Notes: a model not told the origin generated them from the letters alone. Counted from the stretch's first letter, positions 11,411-23,415 are shown. The stretch: 64,000 bases of DNA from Deltaproteobacteria bacterium (GCA_026417175.1 JAOADT010000011.1:2214-66213); one strand, 5' to 3'. Translations and numbers: made by a program.

Positions 11411-11565
11411 ATACCCAAAGTTCATAAACATTATCCAAACTCGACCGTTATCATCATCTTACTTACAACTATTTCTTTTTTATTCTTTTTTAGCTTAAAT
11501 CCGTCTTTTCTCCAGCGTTTTTAGAGACTTATTGGTTAAAATTAAGGGGAGGAATTTTACCTTCC

Positions 11566-11595
11566 TTGAAAATAAAAGAAAAAAACTGGTATCAT
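11566..11595 (+). promoter_or_regulatory. Sigma70-type promoter (TTGAAA-18-TATCAT with extended TG), 6 nt before the rarA GTG
   Basis: -35 at 11566-11571, TG at 11587-11588, -10 at 11590-11595, GTG at 11602. Confidence 0.55.
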
Positions 11596-11601
11596 GAGTT
11601 A

Positions 11602-12939
11602 GTGGATCTTTTTGGTCAGACAAGAGAAGAGAAAACGGAAAAGAAAGCTCCTTTAGCCGAAAGGTTAAGGCCAAAGAGACTTTCCGAATTTGTAGGCCAG
11701 AAACACATCCTGGGTGAAGGTAAGCTTCTTTCTGTACTGATAAAAAGAAAAGAAATCCCTTCGATGATTTTGTGGGGTCCAAGTGGTTGTGGAAAAACAA
11801 CACTCGGTTACATAATAGCCAGCGAAGTAGGTTTTCCTTCTTTCTTTTTAAGTGCAGTAAATATAGGCGTAAAGGAGGTTAGGGAAATAATAAGGAAAGC
11901 AAGGACGGAAAAGGTACTTTTATTTCTCGATGAGTTCCACAGGTTTAACAAGCTCCAGCAGGACACGTTTCTTCCTTACGTGGAGAAAGGTAAAGTTATA
12001 CTAATAGGAGCAACAACCGAGAATCCTTCTTTTGAAATAATACGGCCGTTACTTTCAAGAATGGAGGTTATAAGGCTTAATCCTCTTTCAGAGGATGAGA
12101 TATTTGAAATCTTAAACAGGGCAAAGAATGACCCTGAATTTAAAATGGATGGAATCGAAACAAACGAGGAGGTTCTAAGGATTATAGCTACACTTTCTGA
12201 CGGAGATGCAAGAAAAGCTTTAAACATCTTTGAAGTAAGTCATGTGGTGGCGAAAGAAAAAAATCTTAAAATAATCGATTTCAACACAGTCTCAGAGGCG
12301 TACCAAACAAAGGTTCAAATTTATGATAAAAAAGGTGACATGCATTATTGGCTAATAAGTGCTTTTATAAAGAGCATGAGAGGATCTGACCCAGATGCCT
12401 CTCTTTACTGGCTTATGCGAATGCTTGAGGCAGGCGAGGACCCTCTCTTCATAGCGCGGAGAATGATTATATTTGCATCTGAGGATGTGGGATGTGCGGA
12501 TCCTTACGCATTAACAGTTGCTGTTGCGGCAAAGGAGGCATTTGAATTTGTGGGTGCTCCCGAAGGTTATCTGGCGCTTGCACAAGCCTGCATTTATCTT
12601 TCTTTATGTGAAAAAAGTAACTCTGTGTACAATGCCGTGAGGCAGGCACAAAAAGATGTACGGGAATTACCCCATTTTTCTGTTCCAGTACATCTGAGAA
12701 CAGCACCTACAAAGATTATGCGCGATTTAGGATATGGAAGAGATTATCTTTACCCTCATGATTTTGAGAATGGGATAGCAAATCAAACCTACATGCCTCA
12801 AGAGCTTATTGGAAGAAGATACTATTTTCCTACCCAGAGAGGATACGAGGCTAAAATCAAAGAATACCTGGAGAAGGCAAAGAGAATCATAAATACAGGA
12901 GCAAAAGGAATTGGAGATCCCGGAAAGGAAGCTGATTAA
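11602..12939 (+). CDS. rarA: Replication-associated recombination protein A (RarA/MgsA AAA+ ATPase)
   Basis: PLAERLRP, GQKH, WGPSGCGKTT, DEFHRFNKLQQD, GATTENPSF, SAFIKSMRGSDPDA; start moved to GTG 11602, giving an MDLF N-terminus. Confidence 0.93.
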   Translation: MDLFGQTREEKTEKKAPLAERLRPKRLSEFVGQKHILGEGKLLSVLIKRKEIPSMILWGPSGCGKTTLGYIIASEVGFPSFFLSAVNIGVKEVREIIRKARTEKVLLFLDEFHRFNKLQQDTFLPYVEKGKVILIGATTENPSFEIIRPLLSRMEVIRLNPLSEDEIFEILNRAKNDPEFKMDGIETNEEVLRIIATLSDGDARKALNIFEVSHVVAKEKNLKIIDFNTVSEAYQTKVQIYDKKGDMHYWLISAFIKSMRGSDPDASLYWLMRMLEAGEDPLFIARRMIIFASEDVGCADPYALTVAVAAKEAFEFVGAPEGYLALAQACIYLSLCEKSNSVYNAVRQAQKDVRELPHFSVPVHLRTAPTKIMRDLGYGRDYLYPHDFENGIANQTYMPQELIGRRYYFPTQRGYEAKIKEYLEKAKRIINTGAKGIGDPGKEAD

Positions 12940-13876
12940 GATACTAAGGAACTTTGAAAAAAAAGATATCAATGTGTTAAGGGGCATAGGTGATGACTGT
13001 GCAATTGTAAAGTTATCTGGTAAGCCCTATGCACTTTGTCAAGATGCTATAGTGGAAGAAATCCACTTTTCTTTATCTTATATGAGTCCTTATCAAATTG
13101 GAAAAAAAGCGATTTACGCAAATATAGCTGATATCCTTTCAATGGGTGCTATGCCACTTTACTATCAGGTGACTCTGGGAATTCCCGAAAGAATAATGTC
13201 AGATGTTATACGTGGGATATACAGAGGCATGAGTTATGTAGCAAAAGAGTTCGGACTTTCCCTTCTTGGGGGAGATACAGTTTCAACCCTAAATGATTTC
13301 TTTATAGATGTCTCAATGGTAGGAGAAGTTGTCTGGGGAGATTACAAAGGGAGAAATCAAGCAAAGGAGAATGATCTGATAGGGGTTACTGGATTTCTGG
13401 GAGAAAGTGCTTACGGGCTCAAAATCATGAAAGAAGGAATAAAAAAAAAGAGAGGGATAAAAAGATTCGTAAAAAGGTATCTCAATCCCAGGCCTCCCTT
13501 CGAGATTTGGATGGAGATTATGAAAAATGATATAACAAATGCTATGATGGATGTAAGTGATGGCCTTTTGTTAGACCTTGAAAGGATGATGGAGGAAAGT
13601 GGTAAATGTGGGGTTATCTATTACGAGAAATTACCGATCCCTGAGATACTCAAAAAGGAGAAATTGGATGATTATGCTTTATGGGGTGGGGAAGATTACC
13701 AGTTTCTTTTTACCTTCCCCAGGAATAAGTTGGAACTAATAAATATCTTGAAGAGCAAAGGCTTAATAATCTCGGTCATTGGTGAGGTAACAAGTGGTCG
13801 CGGAATTAAAGTCATAAAGGATGGGAAGGAAGTCAAATACAACAAAGTAGGATATGAACATTTTTCTCGGGAGTGA
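12911..13876 (+). CDS. thiL: Thiamine-monophosphate kinase
   Basis: GIGDDCA, NIADILSMGA.P, GGDT, MDVSDGL, GGEDYQFLFT, GYEHF. Confidence 0.95.
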   Translation: MEIPERKLIKILRNFEKKDINVLRGIGDDCAIVKLSGKPYALCQDAIVEEIHFSLSYMSPYQIGKKAIYANIADILSMGAMPLYYQVTLGIPERIMSDVIRGIYRGMSYVAKEFGLSLLGGDTVSTLNDFFIDVSMVGEVVWGDYKGRNQAKENDLIGVTGFLGESAYGLKIMKEGIKKKRGIKRFVKRYLNPRPPFEIWMEIMKNDITNAMMDVSDGLLLDLERMMEESGKCGVIYYEKLPIPEILKKEKLDDYALWGGEDYQFLFTFPRNKLELINILKSKGLIISVIGEVTSGRGIKVIKDGKEVKYNKVGYEHFSRE

Positions 13877-13879
13877 AAG

Positions 13880-14842
13880 ATGGAAAAGGGGGTGTATGTA
13901 AAGGACATTACGATCAATCTAGAGGTTAATGATTACTTCCTTGTGGTGAAAAAAAACTTAACCACATCTAAAAACAACACAAGATACATAAGTCTCTTGC
14001 TTAAAGACTCCTCAGGTACGATTGAAGGTAGAATATGGGACAGAGTGGATGAGCTTGAAAGTAAGTTTGATAAGAACGACATTGTGTTTTTAAATTCCAG
14101 GGCAACTCTATACCAAGAGAAACTTCAACTGACCATATGGAATATAAAGAAAGTCGAAGAAATAAGTACTGTGGAAGAAATGAGAGCATTTTTGCCTGAA
14201 ATTCAAACAGGAATCAATTATATGAGAGGTGAATTCCATAACATTTTAAATGAGATACAGAACTCACAGCTTAAAGCCATCTTTGAAGAAATGGAAAAGA
14301 AAAAAAACATGGCGGATAAGTATTTCTTTTTTCCTGCATCTACTAATGTTCACCATATGTCCATAGGTGGATTACTGGAACATTCTGTTTCAATGGCAAA
14401 AATGGGAAGAGAGGTCGTAAAAATAATAGGTGGAAATAAGGATTTAGTTCTTGCGGGTTGCTTATTGCACGATATTGGTAAGATAGAGGAGATTGAGATA
14501 AAAGGAGGGTTTAAATATTCAGACAAAGGAAGACTTTTGGGACATATTGTTCTTGGTATCGATATTTTAAAAGGTATAACTGGGGAAATAGAGGGATTTC
14601 CAGAAAGTCTATACAATGCTCTTCTTCACATAATAGCAAGCCATCACGGGACCGAAGAATGGGGATCCCCTAGAAAACCTATGTTCATTGAGGCGCTTAT
14701 TGTTCACTATTTGGACAATCTGGATTCGAAAGTCATGGGTGTTAAAGAGCATATGAAGGAAAGAATGGCAGACGAAAGATGGACCGAGTACCACAGAGTT
14801 TATGAGTCCAGATTTTACCAATTCATTTCAGAAGATTTTTGA
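13880..14842 (+). CDS. OB-fold plus HD-domain protein, YhaM/Cbf1-like 3'-5' exoribonuclease
   Basis: N-terminal OB fold (LKDSSGTIEGRIW); HH..GGLLEHS, LLHDIGK, GRLLGHI, SHHG..EWGSP. Confidence 0.85.
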   Translation: MEKGVYVKDITINLEVNDYFLVVKKNLTTSKNNTRYISLLLKDSSGTIEGRIWDRVDELESKFDKNDIVFLNSRATLYQEKLQLTIWNIKKVEEISTVEEMRAFLPEIQTGINYMRGEFHNILNEIQNSQLKAIFEEMEKKKNMADKYFFFPASTNVHHMSIGGLLEHSVSMAKMGREVVKIIGGNKDLVLAGCLLHDIGKIEEIEIKGGFKYSDKGRLLGHIVLGIDILKGITGEIEGFPESLYNALLHIIASHHGTEEWGSPRKPMFIEALIVHYLDNLDSKVMGVKEHMKERMADERWTEYHRVYESRFYQFISEDF

Positions 14843-14854
14843 AAAGGAGATATA

Positions 14855-15589
14855 ATGGAAGTACGCAGGATATTTGTGGATAAAGTAAAGGCAAAAAATG
14901 GACTGGTTTATGTCACGGGTCCTGCATACAAGTATGTTGTCAACGTTTTGAGGAAAGTGCCTGGCGAGAGGATAGACATAATAGATGGCAAGGGTTATCT
15001 GTACAGAGCCCAGATACACAGTATAAAAAGTAAGGAAGTTTACTTCAAGATATTAGATGTGGTTTACCATCCCGAAGAAAAGAGGCCTCGAGTGACCCTA
15101 TGTGTAAGCCCTATAAAAGGTCCCAGGATGGATTGGATGATAGAAAAGGCTACGGAGCTAGGCGTAGATAGAATATTACCAACAATATTTAAAAGAACGG
15201 TGGTAAAATTCGATGAAAAAGACAAGAAAGTTGAAAGATGGAAAAAACTGACTGTGGAGGCCTCTAGACAATCGGGAAGATTTAAAATTCCTGAGGTGCT
15301 TAATCCTATCCCCTTGAGGGGAATTACGCAATATATAAAAGATGCGCACCATAGATGGGTTCTGTACGAACACGAAAAAGAAAGAAAGATAAAGGAAGCG
15401 TTCCAGGAATTTAAAGAGGGAGAGATATGTGTAGCAATTGGTCCAGAAGGCGGGATTGAAGAGTCAGAGGTGTTGTGGCTCCAAGAAAATGGCTTTACCC
15501 CGTTTTCTCTTGGAAGTACCATATTACGGACTGAGACAACCCCCCTTGTTATTCTGTCGATAATTCACTATGAGAGTACAAAGATATGA
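14855..15589 (+). CDS. rsmE: 16S rRNA m3U1498 methyltransferase
   Basis: VLR, EKATELGV, EASRQSGR, IGPEGG, SLG..ILRTET. Confidence 0.95.
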   Translation: MEVRRIFVDKVKAKNGLVYVTGPAYKYVVNVLRKVPGERIDIIDGKGYLYRAQIHSIKSKEVYFKILDVVYHPEEKRPRVTLCVSPIKGPRMDWMIEKATELGVDRILPTIFKRTVVKFDEKDKKVERWKKLTVEASRQSGRFKIPEVLNPIPLRGITQYIKDAHHRWVLYEHEKERKIKEAFQEFKEGEICVAIGPEGGIEESEVLWLQENGFTPFSLGSTILRTETTPLVILSIIHYESTKI

Positions 15590-16233
15590 AAAAGAAAAGT
15601 GGAAAGATAGGATGCGGATGCCTTTTCTTTTTACTCCTTTTTTTTCTCGTTTTCTTAGGTATTTTTTTTCATCCGATCTCCCTTAAGTTTTTATCCAAGC
15701 AACTCGTATATGGAGACAAGATCTATTTTTCAGATGTGGCTTTCGTACCTAGATTTGTGGAGGACCTAGACGGAGAGTTGTATATTGCAGCTTTTGAAGA
15801 GTTAAGAAAGGGTAACGTAAAGGCTCTATGGATAGAGGATTATTACGTACTCGGAATCAGCGTAACTCAAATTTTGAAGAAAATGGCCAAAGACAGGGGT
15901 TTAAAAGAGAATCTGATAACAGGTATAAAGCTCGATGGAAAGGACTATGAAAAAAGAGAGGCGCTTCTTGACCATTTTATGAAAATTGGAATAAAAAAGG
16001 TAATCCTTTTTGTTCCAGAATACTCTTCACGACGTTACAAGGCATTATATGGGAATTCAAGGGAGAGAGCTCCCATTTTTCTCATAAATCCGGTAAAAAT
16101 GAGAATTTACAACCACGAAAGGTGGTGGAAAGAAAATGTTTCAAGGGAATTACTTTTTAGAGAGTATTCAGCTTTGATTTCTATCTATTTGGGAAAATTA
16201 AAATACCAAGAAATACTCAAAATTAAAGACTAA
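15586..16233 (+). CDS. Membrane-anchored hypothetical protein, probably a divergent YdcF/ElyC (DUF218)-like protein
   Basis: N-terminal TM helix; KKVILFVPEYSSRR and WW...FREY resemble DUF218 C-terminal motifs; tight junctions with both neighbours. Confidence 0.5.
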   Translation: MKKKSGKIGCGCLFFLLLFFLVFLGIFFHPISLKFLSKQLVYGDKIYFSDVAFVPRFVEDLDGELYIAAFEELRKGNVKALWIEDYYVLGISVTQILKKMAKDRGLKENLITGIKLDGKDYEKREALLDHFMKIGIKKVILFVPEYSSRRYKALYGNSRERAPIFLINPVKMRIYNHERWWKENVSRELLFREYSALISIYLGKLKYQEILKIKD

Positions 16234-16234
16234 A

Positions 16235-17266
16235 ATGGAGAAACTCAAACTTCTTCTCTTGGCTCTTTCCAAGGTGAAAGGACTTTCCCGAATTAAAAAG
16301 AGAGAGGTTGCAGAAAGGATAATAAATAGGGAAAAAATTGCAGATGAAATCATAGAAAAAATGGAAAGCGAAAGCGTAAAAGTAGATTTGGAAAAGGAAA
16401 TAAGTTATTTGAAGAAAATAGGAGCTCATTTTGTGACCATTTTCGAAGAGGGATATCCTTCCTTGTTAAGACAGATTCCCGATTGCCCTATAATCCTCTA
16501 CGTAAAAGGTTCCCTTCTCATAGGAGAGAATACAATAGGAATAGTTGGATCAAGAAGGGCATCTTACGAAGGGATGAACATGGCAGAGAAGATAGGAGAA
16601 ACCCTTTCCTCCGTAGGTATTACAGTTGTAAGCGGTCTTGCAAGAGGCATAGACGCAGCTGCTCATAAGGGAGCACTGATGGGTAAAGGGGGGACAGTTG
16701 CTGTTTTAGGCTGTGGAATAGACATTTGCTATCCTTCAGAAAATCGCTGGCTTTATAATAGGATTTCCGAGCAGGGACTTATTTTATCTGAATATGCACC
16801 AGGTGAACCTCCATTAGCACATCACTTCCCTGAAAGAAATAGAATTATAGCTGGGATTTCAAAGGCCATTCTGGTAGTTGAAGCCTCAAAAAAAAGTGGA
16901 GCTCTTATAACTGCTAGTCTTGCTCTGGACTATGGAAGGGACGTTATGGCAATTCCTGGTAGCGTTTTCGATGATGCTTATGCAGGCACAAATAGTCTTA
17001 TAAAGGAAGGCGCAAGACTTGTAGATTCTGTGGAAGACATTCTAGAATTTTCCTTTCCTAACATTAAACCTGAAAGAAAAGATTCATCGGGTCTTGAAAA
17101 AGAGGAGCTCATAGTTTATTCAATTATAAAAAATACTAGAGTCCATGTGGAAGAGATTATAAGTAAGAGCCGCATGGATTCTTCAAAAGTTCTTGCGATT
17201 CTCACAAAGCTGGAGATGAAAGGGTTAGTGAAGTGTTTTCCTGGAGGATTTTACCTGAGGTCATAA
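16235..17266 (+). CDS. dprA: DNA-processing protein DprA
   Basis: YPSLLRQIPD.P, IVGSR, VSGLARGID..AH, FPERNRIIAG, SGALITA; C-terminal winged helix. Confidence 0.96.
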   Translation: MEKLKLLLLALSKVKGLSRIKKREVAERIINREKIADEIIEKMESESVKVDLEKEISYLKKIGAHFVTIFEEGYPSLLRQIPDCPIILYVKGSLLIGENTIGIVGSRRASYEGMNMAEKIGETLSSVGITVVSGLARGIDAAAHKGALMGKGGTVAVLGCGIDICYPSENRWLYNRISEQGLILSEYAPGEPPLAHHFPERNRIIAGISKAILVVEASKKSGALITASLALDYGRDVMAIPGSVFDDAYAGTNSLIKEGARLVDSVEDILEFSFPNIKPERKDSSGLEKEELIVYSIIKNTRVHVEEIISKSRMDSSKVLAILTKLEMKGLVKCFPGGFYLRS

Positions 17267-17267
17267 C

Positions 17268-19478
17268 ATGACTAAATTTTTAGTAATAGTAGAGTCGCCT
17301 ACAAAAGTGAGAACCCTTTCTAAATTCTTGGATGACAACTACATCATAAAAGCTACGTATGGACATATAAAAGATTTACCAGAGAATCGTCTGGGAGTGG
17401 ATGTGGATAATGGCTTTGAACCTGAGTTTATAATTATAAAAGGCAAGCATAAGATTGTAGAAGAAATCAGGAAATCGAGTGAAAAGGTCGACAGGATCCT
17501 AATAGGTTCTGACCCAGATAGAGAAGGGGAAGCTATAGCTTTTCATGTGGCGGAAATAATAGACGGAAAGAAAGATATAAGGAGGATCCTTTTCCATGAA
17601 ATAACGAAAAGAGGTGTCGAGGAGGGGTTAAAATCGATTACGGAACTTAATGAAAACAAGTACAACGCTCAGAAGGCAAGAAGGATCCTGGACCGTCTTG
17701 TTGGTTACAAAATAAGTCCCATTCTATGGGAGAAAGTTAGTCACGGTTTGTCAGCTGGAAGAGTTCAATCTGCTGCTTTAAGGATAATTTGTGACAGAGA
17801 AGAAGAGATCGAAAAATTTGTTAGGGAGGAATACTGGAAAGTAGATGTTATTCTGACTGTAGATTCTAAAGGGGAATTTAAGGCTAGTCTCGAAAAAATA
17901 GATGGAGAAAAAATAAAGATTACATCTCAGGAAGAGGCAGAAAAAATAAAGGAAGAACTGAAAAAATGTCTATTTGAAATAAAATCAGTGTCTGTAAAAA
18001 GGAGACATATTGGGCCACAGCCACCCTTTATAACAAGCAGGTTGCAGCAAGAAGCTTCAAAAATCCTAAAGTTTACACCTAAGAAAACTATGCTTTTAGC
18101 GCAAATGCTATACGAAGGTGTTGAGTTAGAAGAAGGAACGACTACGGGGTTAATAACCTATATGAGGACGGACTCAGTAAGGATATCAAATGAGGCAAGG
18201 GAGAGTGCAAGAAACCTCATAGGAAGGTTCTTTGGGAATGAGTATCTCCCATCTTCTCCCCGTATTTTCAAAAACAAAAGTACGGCACAGGATGCCCACG
18301 AAGCTATAAGACCAACCGATGTTAACCTCACACCGGAAAAAGTTAAACCATATCTTTCAAAAGACCTTTATCTTCTTTACGAGCTCATATGGAAAAGATT
18401 TGTGGCTTCTCAAATGGCAGAGAAAATAGTCGATACGAGAACTGTAGAGATAATTGCTGGAAGATACACATTTTCTGCTAAGGGCGATAAGACGATCTTT
18501 GACGGATTTGCTAAAGTTTACGAAGAGGAGACGGAACTTGAGGAAGAGAAGGGAATCCTACCTGATATAGACGGTTCAGAAAAATTAAAACTTAAAGAGG
18601 TTCTTCTTGAGAAAAGATACACTACTCCTCCTCCTCGGTATTCGGAGGCCACTTTGATTAAATCCCTAGAAACTAATGGAATCGGAAGACCATCTACCTA
18701 TGCCACAATCGTAAGTACTATTCAGGAAAGGGGATATGTTAAGAAAGAGGAAGGAAAACTAATGCCTACACCTTTGGGAAGAACGGTGAACAGGCTACTT
18801 AAACAGTTTTTCCCACTCATTGTGGATGTGGATTTTACTGCAAAAATGGAAGAAAGATTGGACTTGATAGAAAATGGAAAGAAAAATTGGGTGAAAACTC
18901 TAGAAAAATTCTACTCGGTTTTTCAGGAAGACATTGAAAAAGCTCAAAAGGAGATGAAAAACCTAAAAAAGGAAGAAAAACCGACGGATATAAAGTGTGA
19001 CAAGTGTGGAAAAGACATGATCTTGAAATGGGGCAAAAACGGCGAATATCTTGTATGTGGTGATAAGAAAAATTGTGGCCGGAAAAGAAACGTCAGAATA
19101 GGTGACGACGGAAAAATCCAGCTCGTGGAAGAAGAATATAAGGGTATCTGTCCCGAATGCCAAGGAAAACTTGTGGAGAAAAGTGGTCGTTACGGCAAAT
19201 TTATAGCGTGCTCTAATTATCCTACTTGTAAATACACAGAACCATACTCAACTGGTTATCTTTGCCCTGTTCAAGGTTGTGATGGAAAGCTTTTAGAAAG
19301 AAGATCAAAAAAGACAAGAAAAAGATTTGTAAGTTGTTCAAAATACCCAACTTGTGTTTTCATAACCAACAAAGAACCGACACAGGGACCTTGTCCAGAG
19401 TGCGGTTCACCGACCATTTTTACTTCCAAAGGAAAAAACTTCTGTTTGAGGGAGGGATGTAGTTGGCAATCAAAATAA
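17268..19478 (+). CDS. topA: DNA topoisomerase I
   Basis: [50 protein letters not shown]; C-terminal zinc ribbons. Confidence 0.98.
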   Translation: MTKFLVIVESPTKVRTLSKFLDDNYIIKATYGHIKDLPENRLGVDVDNGFEPEFIIIKGKHKIVEEIRKSSEKVDRILIGSDPDREGEAIAFHVAEIIDGKKDIRRILFHEITKRGVEEGLKSITELNENKYNAQKARRILDRLVGYKISPILWEKVSHGLSAGRVQSAALRIICDREEEIEKFVREEYWKVDVILTVDSKGEFKASLEKIDGEKIKITSQEEAEKIKEELKKCLFEIKSVSVKRRHIGPQPPFITSRLQQEASKILKFTPKKTMLLAQMLYEGVELEEGTTTGLITYMRTDSVRISNEARESARNLIGRFFGNEYLPSSPRIFKNKSTAQDAHEAIRPTDVNLTPEKVKPYLSKDLYLLYELIWKRFVASQMAEKIVDTRTVEIIAGRYTFSAKGDKTIFDGFAKVYEEETELEEEKGILPDIDGSEKLKLKEVLLEKRYTTPPPRYSEATLIKSLETNGIGRPSTYATIVSTIQERGYVKKEEGKLMPTPLGRTVNRLLKQFFPLIVDVDFTAKMEERLDLIENGKKNWVKTLEKFYSVFQEDIEKAQKEMKNLKKEEKPTDIKCDKCGKDMILKWGKNGEYLVCGDKKNCGRKRNVRIGDDGKIQLVEEEYKGICPECQGKLVEKSGRYGKFIACSNYPTCKYTEPYSTGYLCPVQGCDGKLLERRSKKTRKRFVSCSKYPTCVFITNKEPTQGPCPECGSPTIFTSKGKNFCLREGCSWQSK

Positions 19479-20743
19479 TAGGCGGGGGATTGGCTGGAGT
19501 GGAAGCAGCCTACCAAATTGCAAAAAGAAAAAAAAACGTCATCTTATACGAGATGAGACCTGAAAAGCTTACCCCTGCACACAAAAGTGGGCTTCTTGCA
19601 GAAATTGTCTGTAGTAACTCATTTAAATCAAAAGATATAGGAGACGCCCATGGTCTATTAAAAGAAGAAATGAAAATTTTGGATTCGTTGGTTTTAAGGA
19701 TTGCCCAGGAAACGGAAATCCCGGGGGGAAAGGCTCTTGTGGTGGACAGATGGAAGTTTGCGGAGCGAATAACCGAGGAAATTTTTAAAAATCAGTATAT
19801 CAAGGTTGTGAGGGAAGAAGTGGCGGAGATCCCCTCTGGGGTTGTTATCGTAGCAAGTGGACCGTTGACTTCGGCATCTCTTGCGGATAAATTGGCCTCA
19901 CTTACGGGAAGAAACAATCTTTACTTTTTTGATGCCATATCACCCATCGTAGATGGAACGACAATCGATATGAGAAAAGCCTTTTTCGCCTCAAGATATT
20001 CTGAAGACAGTTCAGATTATCTTAACTGTCCCCTAACCCAGGAAGAATATGAGTTATTTTACAGGGAGTTGATCAATGCAAAGAAAGTGGAATTCAAGGA
20101 ATTTGAAAAGATCCCGTATTTTGAAGGTTGTCTTCCCATAGAAGTACTGGCAGAAAGAGGAAAAAACACACTTCTCTTTGGTCCTATGAAACCCGTAGGT
20201 TTAAAAGATCCGTTGACTAAAAAAACACCTTACGCCGTGGTACAACTCCGAAGAGAGGATAAAGAAGGTTCTATGTACAACATGGTGGGCTTTCAGACCA
20301 AGATGACTTATCCTGAGCAGGAAAGAGTTTTTAGATTAATTCCCGCTTTGAGAAACGCTAGATTTCTTCGCTATGGAAGTATCCATAGGAATACGTTTAT
20401 AAACTCGCCCGAGGTTTTGAAGAATACACTTCAACTTAAGGAGGATGAGAGAATATTTTTTGCAGGGCAATTAACCGGTGTGGAAGGATACCTGGAATCA
20501 GCAGCCACCGGTATTATAGCAGGTATATCCGCCTCATTTTACGTGGATGGTAAAAGGTTTATACCTCCCCCTTCTACAACTTTAATTGGGTCACTCATAA
20601 ACTACATTACTGAAAAAAAGGCTCATTTTCAACCGATGAACGCTAATTTTGGTCTGCTAAAAGGATATAAGAGAAAGGAAAAAAATACTCTAGTGGAACG
20701 AGCAATGAACGACTTAAGAGAGTGGCAAAAGACTACCCAATAG
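19463..20743 (+). CDS. trmFO: Folate/FAD-dependent tRNA (m5U54) methyltransferase
   Basis: [53 protein letters not shown]; typical position after topA. Confidence 0.96.
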   Translation: MAIKIIGGGLAGVEAAYQIAKRKKNVILYEMRPEKLTPAHKSGLLAEIVCSNSFKSKDIGDAHGLLKEEMKILDSLVLRIAQETEIPGGKALVVDRWKFAERITEEIFKNQYIKVVREEVAEIPSGVVIVASGPLTSASLADKLASLTGRNNLYFFDAISPIVDGTTIDMRKAFFASRYSEDSSDYLNCPLTQEEYELFYRELINAKKVEFKEFEKIPYFEGCLPIEVLAERGKNTLLFGPMKPVGLKDPLTKKTPYAVVQLRREDKEGSMYNMVGFQTKMTYPEQERVFRLIPALRNARFLRYGSIHRNTFINSPEVLKNTLQLKEDERIFFAGQLTGVEGYLESAATGIIAGISASFYVDGKRFIPPPSTTLIGSLINYITEKKAHFQPMNANFGLLKGYKRKEKNTLVERAMNDLREWQKTTQ

Positions 20744-21938
20744 TTTGTCCCAGCTGGAAAATAGGCAAATACATAGATATTATGAGACCCCCAAGTATAA
20801 CTCCCAAAAATACCATAATGGCGGGCTCCATAAGTGTCATAAGATTTGAGACCGTGTTATCAACATCCTCCTCATAGAAATCCGCTACCTTATTTAACAT
20901 ACTATCTAGAGCACCTGTGGACTCTCCAACCTGAACCATCTGGACGACCATAGGTGGGAATATCCCGCTTTCGGCTAAAGGTTCTGACATACTTTTCCCC
21001 TCTGTAATACGAGTTTTTGCGTCTAACATGGCCTCTTCAACTATTTTATTGCCTGCCACTTTGGAAACAATATTTAGACTTTCCAAAATAGGAACACCAC
21101 TGGAAAGAAGGGCTGCCAAGGTACGTGATACTCTTGCGACAGATGTTTTAAGGACAAGAAGACCTATGAGGGGAAGTCTAAGCAACAACCCATCTATTCT
21201 CTTTCTTCCTCTCTCTGTGGAGTAATACTTTCTAAAGCCGAAAAAAAGAAGAACTAAGCTTCCCAACATATGGAATACATAGCTTTTAACGAGTTTACTC
21301 AGGTTAATCACAAACTGAGTGGGCGCCGGAAGAGATGCGCCCATATCCTTAAACATGGTTTCGAAAACTGGAATTACAAAAACCAGAAGAACGAGTACTA
21401 CACCTATAGCTACCACCACTATACTCGTAGGATAAATAAGTGCGGACTTTACCTTTTTTTTCAATTTTGCAATCTTTTCCATGTAATTGGCAAGCCTAAG
21501 AAGAATAGTGTCCACCATTCCAGCCTCTTCTCCTGCTCGAACAAGATTCACGTATAGAGAATCGAAACACTGGGGGTAGTCTTTTAAAGCCTCTGCAAAT
21601 GTAGAACCTTCCTCTAATTTCTGTTTTACCTCCCTTATGATACCTTTCAAATTTTTATCTTCTGCTTGATTGGCCAGAATGTCCAAAGCTTGTATCAGGG
21701 GTAGTCCTGATGCGATCATTGTTGCAAGTTGTCGTGTAAAAATAACAACGTCCATTACTTTTACTTTTGCTTTAGGGTTATACTTGCCCTCAACTCGCTT
21801 TTTCTTTTCTACTGCCTTAAGCAAAATCACCCCATCTTTTCTTAAAGCGATCCTTAAAGATACCTCTGAATCAGCACTCATCGTTCCTTTTTGGGTTTCT
21901 CCGCTTAATGTTCTACCTACCCACTCGTAGACAGGCAT
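20733..21938 (-). CDS. pilC: Type IV pilus inner-membrane platform protein (PilC/GspF family)
   Basis: [57 protein letters not shown]. Confidence 0.93.
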   Translation of the reverse strand: MPVYEWVGRTLSGETQKGTMSADSEVSLRIALRKDGVILLKAVEKKKRVEGKYNPKAKVKVMDVVIFTRQLATMIASGLPLIQALDILANQAEDKNLKGIIREVKQKLEEGSTFAEALKDYPQCFDSLYVNLVRAGEEAGMVDTILLRLANYMEKIAKLKKKVKSALIYPTSIVVVAIGVVLVLLVFVIPVFETMFKDMGASLPAPTQFVINLSKLVKSYVFHMLGSLVLLFFGFRKYYSTERGRKRIDGLLLRLPLIGLLVLKTSVARVSRTLAALLSSGVPILESLNIVSKVAGNKIVEEAMLDAKTRITEGKSMSEPLAESGIFPPMVVQMVQVGESTGALDSMLNKVADFYEEDVDNTVSNLMTLMEPAIMVFLGVILGGLIISMYLPIFQLGQTIG

Positions 21939-21951
21939 GAGTGTTGCCCCC

Positions 21952-23415
21952 TCAATCAGTTTTCAAGACTACATAAAATGTTGTATTTTCCCTTTTTATT
22001 AGCATTACAATACCTTCCTTAAGATTGGCTCCCCTCATAGCTTCTTTAAAGTCTCTGGAGTTCTTTATCTGTTTTTTTCCTACCTCTTTTATTATATCGC
22101 CTCTCCTTATATTCGCTTCATGGGCAGGACTGCCTGGCTGAACATCTGTTACTATCACTCCCGTTCTGTCCTTTATGTTTAAATGTTTTGCAATTTCTGG
22201 TGTCAAATCTTGAACTACAAGACCTAAATTCCTCTCTAACTCTGGTTCTCTTTGGGCTTTTTGATCCTCCTCTTTAAGTTCGCCTATCGTTACCTCCCTT
22301 TCAATTGTTTTTCCTTCTCTTATGATTTTTAACTTAACTTTTTTCCCGACCTCCGTCGAGGCCACAAGTTTAGGTAAAGTGTCCACATCCTTAATTGGTT
22401 TTCCGTCGTATTCAATTATTATATCTCCCGTTTTTATACCCGCTTGATCGGCGGGAGAACCCTCTACCACATCAGAAACTAATGCACCTTCAGCTTCCTT
22501 CAGACCAAAGTTTTTTGCTATCTCAGGGGTTACTCTCTGGATCATCACCCCAAGCCAACCCCTTATCACTCTTTTTTTTGTCTTGAGTTGCTCCACTATA
22601 CCTTTTGCAATATTTATCGGGATCGCAAAGCCAATACCTTGTCCACCGGATATTATGGCCGTATTTATACCCACAACCTCTCCTTTCAAGTTGAAAAGCG
22701 GGCCTCCGCTATTTCCAGGATTGATCGACGCATCCGTCTGAATGAAATCATCATATGGTCCCTGACCTATTACTCTTCCCTTTGCACTTACAATACCCGC
22801 GGTTACCGTGTGTTCGAGTCCAAATGGATTACCAATTGCTATTACCCACTCACCTACTTCAAGTTTGTCAGAATCACCAAGCACTGCAACTGGCAAATTT
22901 TGTTTCGGGTTTATTTTGATAAGCGCAATATCAGTTTTAGGATCCCTACCAACGACTGTTGCATCGTATTCCCGTGAGTCGTAGAGCTTTACCTTTATGG
23001 ACTGAGCCCTTTCCACTACGTGATTATTCGTTAGAATATATCCATCCTTGTCTATTATAAAGCCAGATCCAAGGCTCCTCTGTTTGTATTCCCTCTGGGG
23101 AATATCACCGAAGAATCTTTCGAAATAATCCCCAAAAAAGTCCTCGAAGGGACTTCTTCTTCCAAAGAACCACTCCCTCAGATCTGGACCTTTAACTACA
23201 GTGGTCGTGCTTATGTTGACCACAGCTGGTTTTACTTTCTTTACAAGCTCAGTAAAGCTAGGCAATGGCTTATCCAAAGATAGAGGGTTCGTTACTTGAG
23301 ATTTAAGAGCTGTTATGTTTATATCCCTTGAAATCACCTTTTCGCGCATGTATACAAGAAAGAGCGTCGATCCTAGAAGAAGACTCAATACAATATAGAT
23401 TTTTTTATTTCTCAT
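21952..23415 (-). CDS. degP: DegP/DegQ (HtrA) periplasmic serine protease with two PDZ domains
   Basis: GSGFII, LTNNHVV, DIAL, QTDASINPGNSGGPL, two PDZ domains, N-terminal hydrophobic segment. Confidence 0.92.
   Translation of the reverse strand: MRNKKIYIVLSLLLGSTLFLVYMREKVISRDINITALKSQVTNPLSLDKPLPSFTELVKKVKPAVVNISTTTVVKGPDLREWFFGRRSPFEDFFGDYFERFFGDIPQREYKQRSLGSGFIIDKDGYILTNNHVVERAQSIKVKLYDSREYDATVVGRDPKTDIALIKINPKQNLPVAVLGDSDKLEVGEWVIAIGNPFGLEHTVTAGIVSAKGRVIGQGPYDDFIQTDASINPGNSGGPLFNLKGEVVGINTAIISGGQGIGFAIPINIAKGIVEQLKTKKRVIRGWLGVMIQRVTPEIAKNFGLKEAEGALVSDVVEGSPADQAGIKTGDIIIEYDGKPIKDVDTLPKLVASTEVGKKVKLKIIREGKTIEREVTIGELKEEDQKAQREPELERNLGLVVQDLTPEIAKHLNIKDRTGVIVTDVQPGSPAHEANIRRGDIIKEVGKKQIKNSRDFKEAMRGANLKEGIVMLIKRENTTFYVVLKTD

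Noticed and set aside
11546-11565. Weak hairpin GGGAGG-N7-CCTTCC upstream of rarA as the alpha-operon terminator
   Set aside because: The stem is short with a G-U pair and has no proper U-tract.
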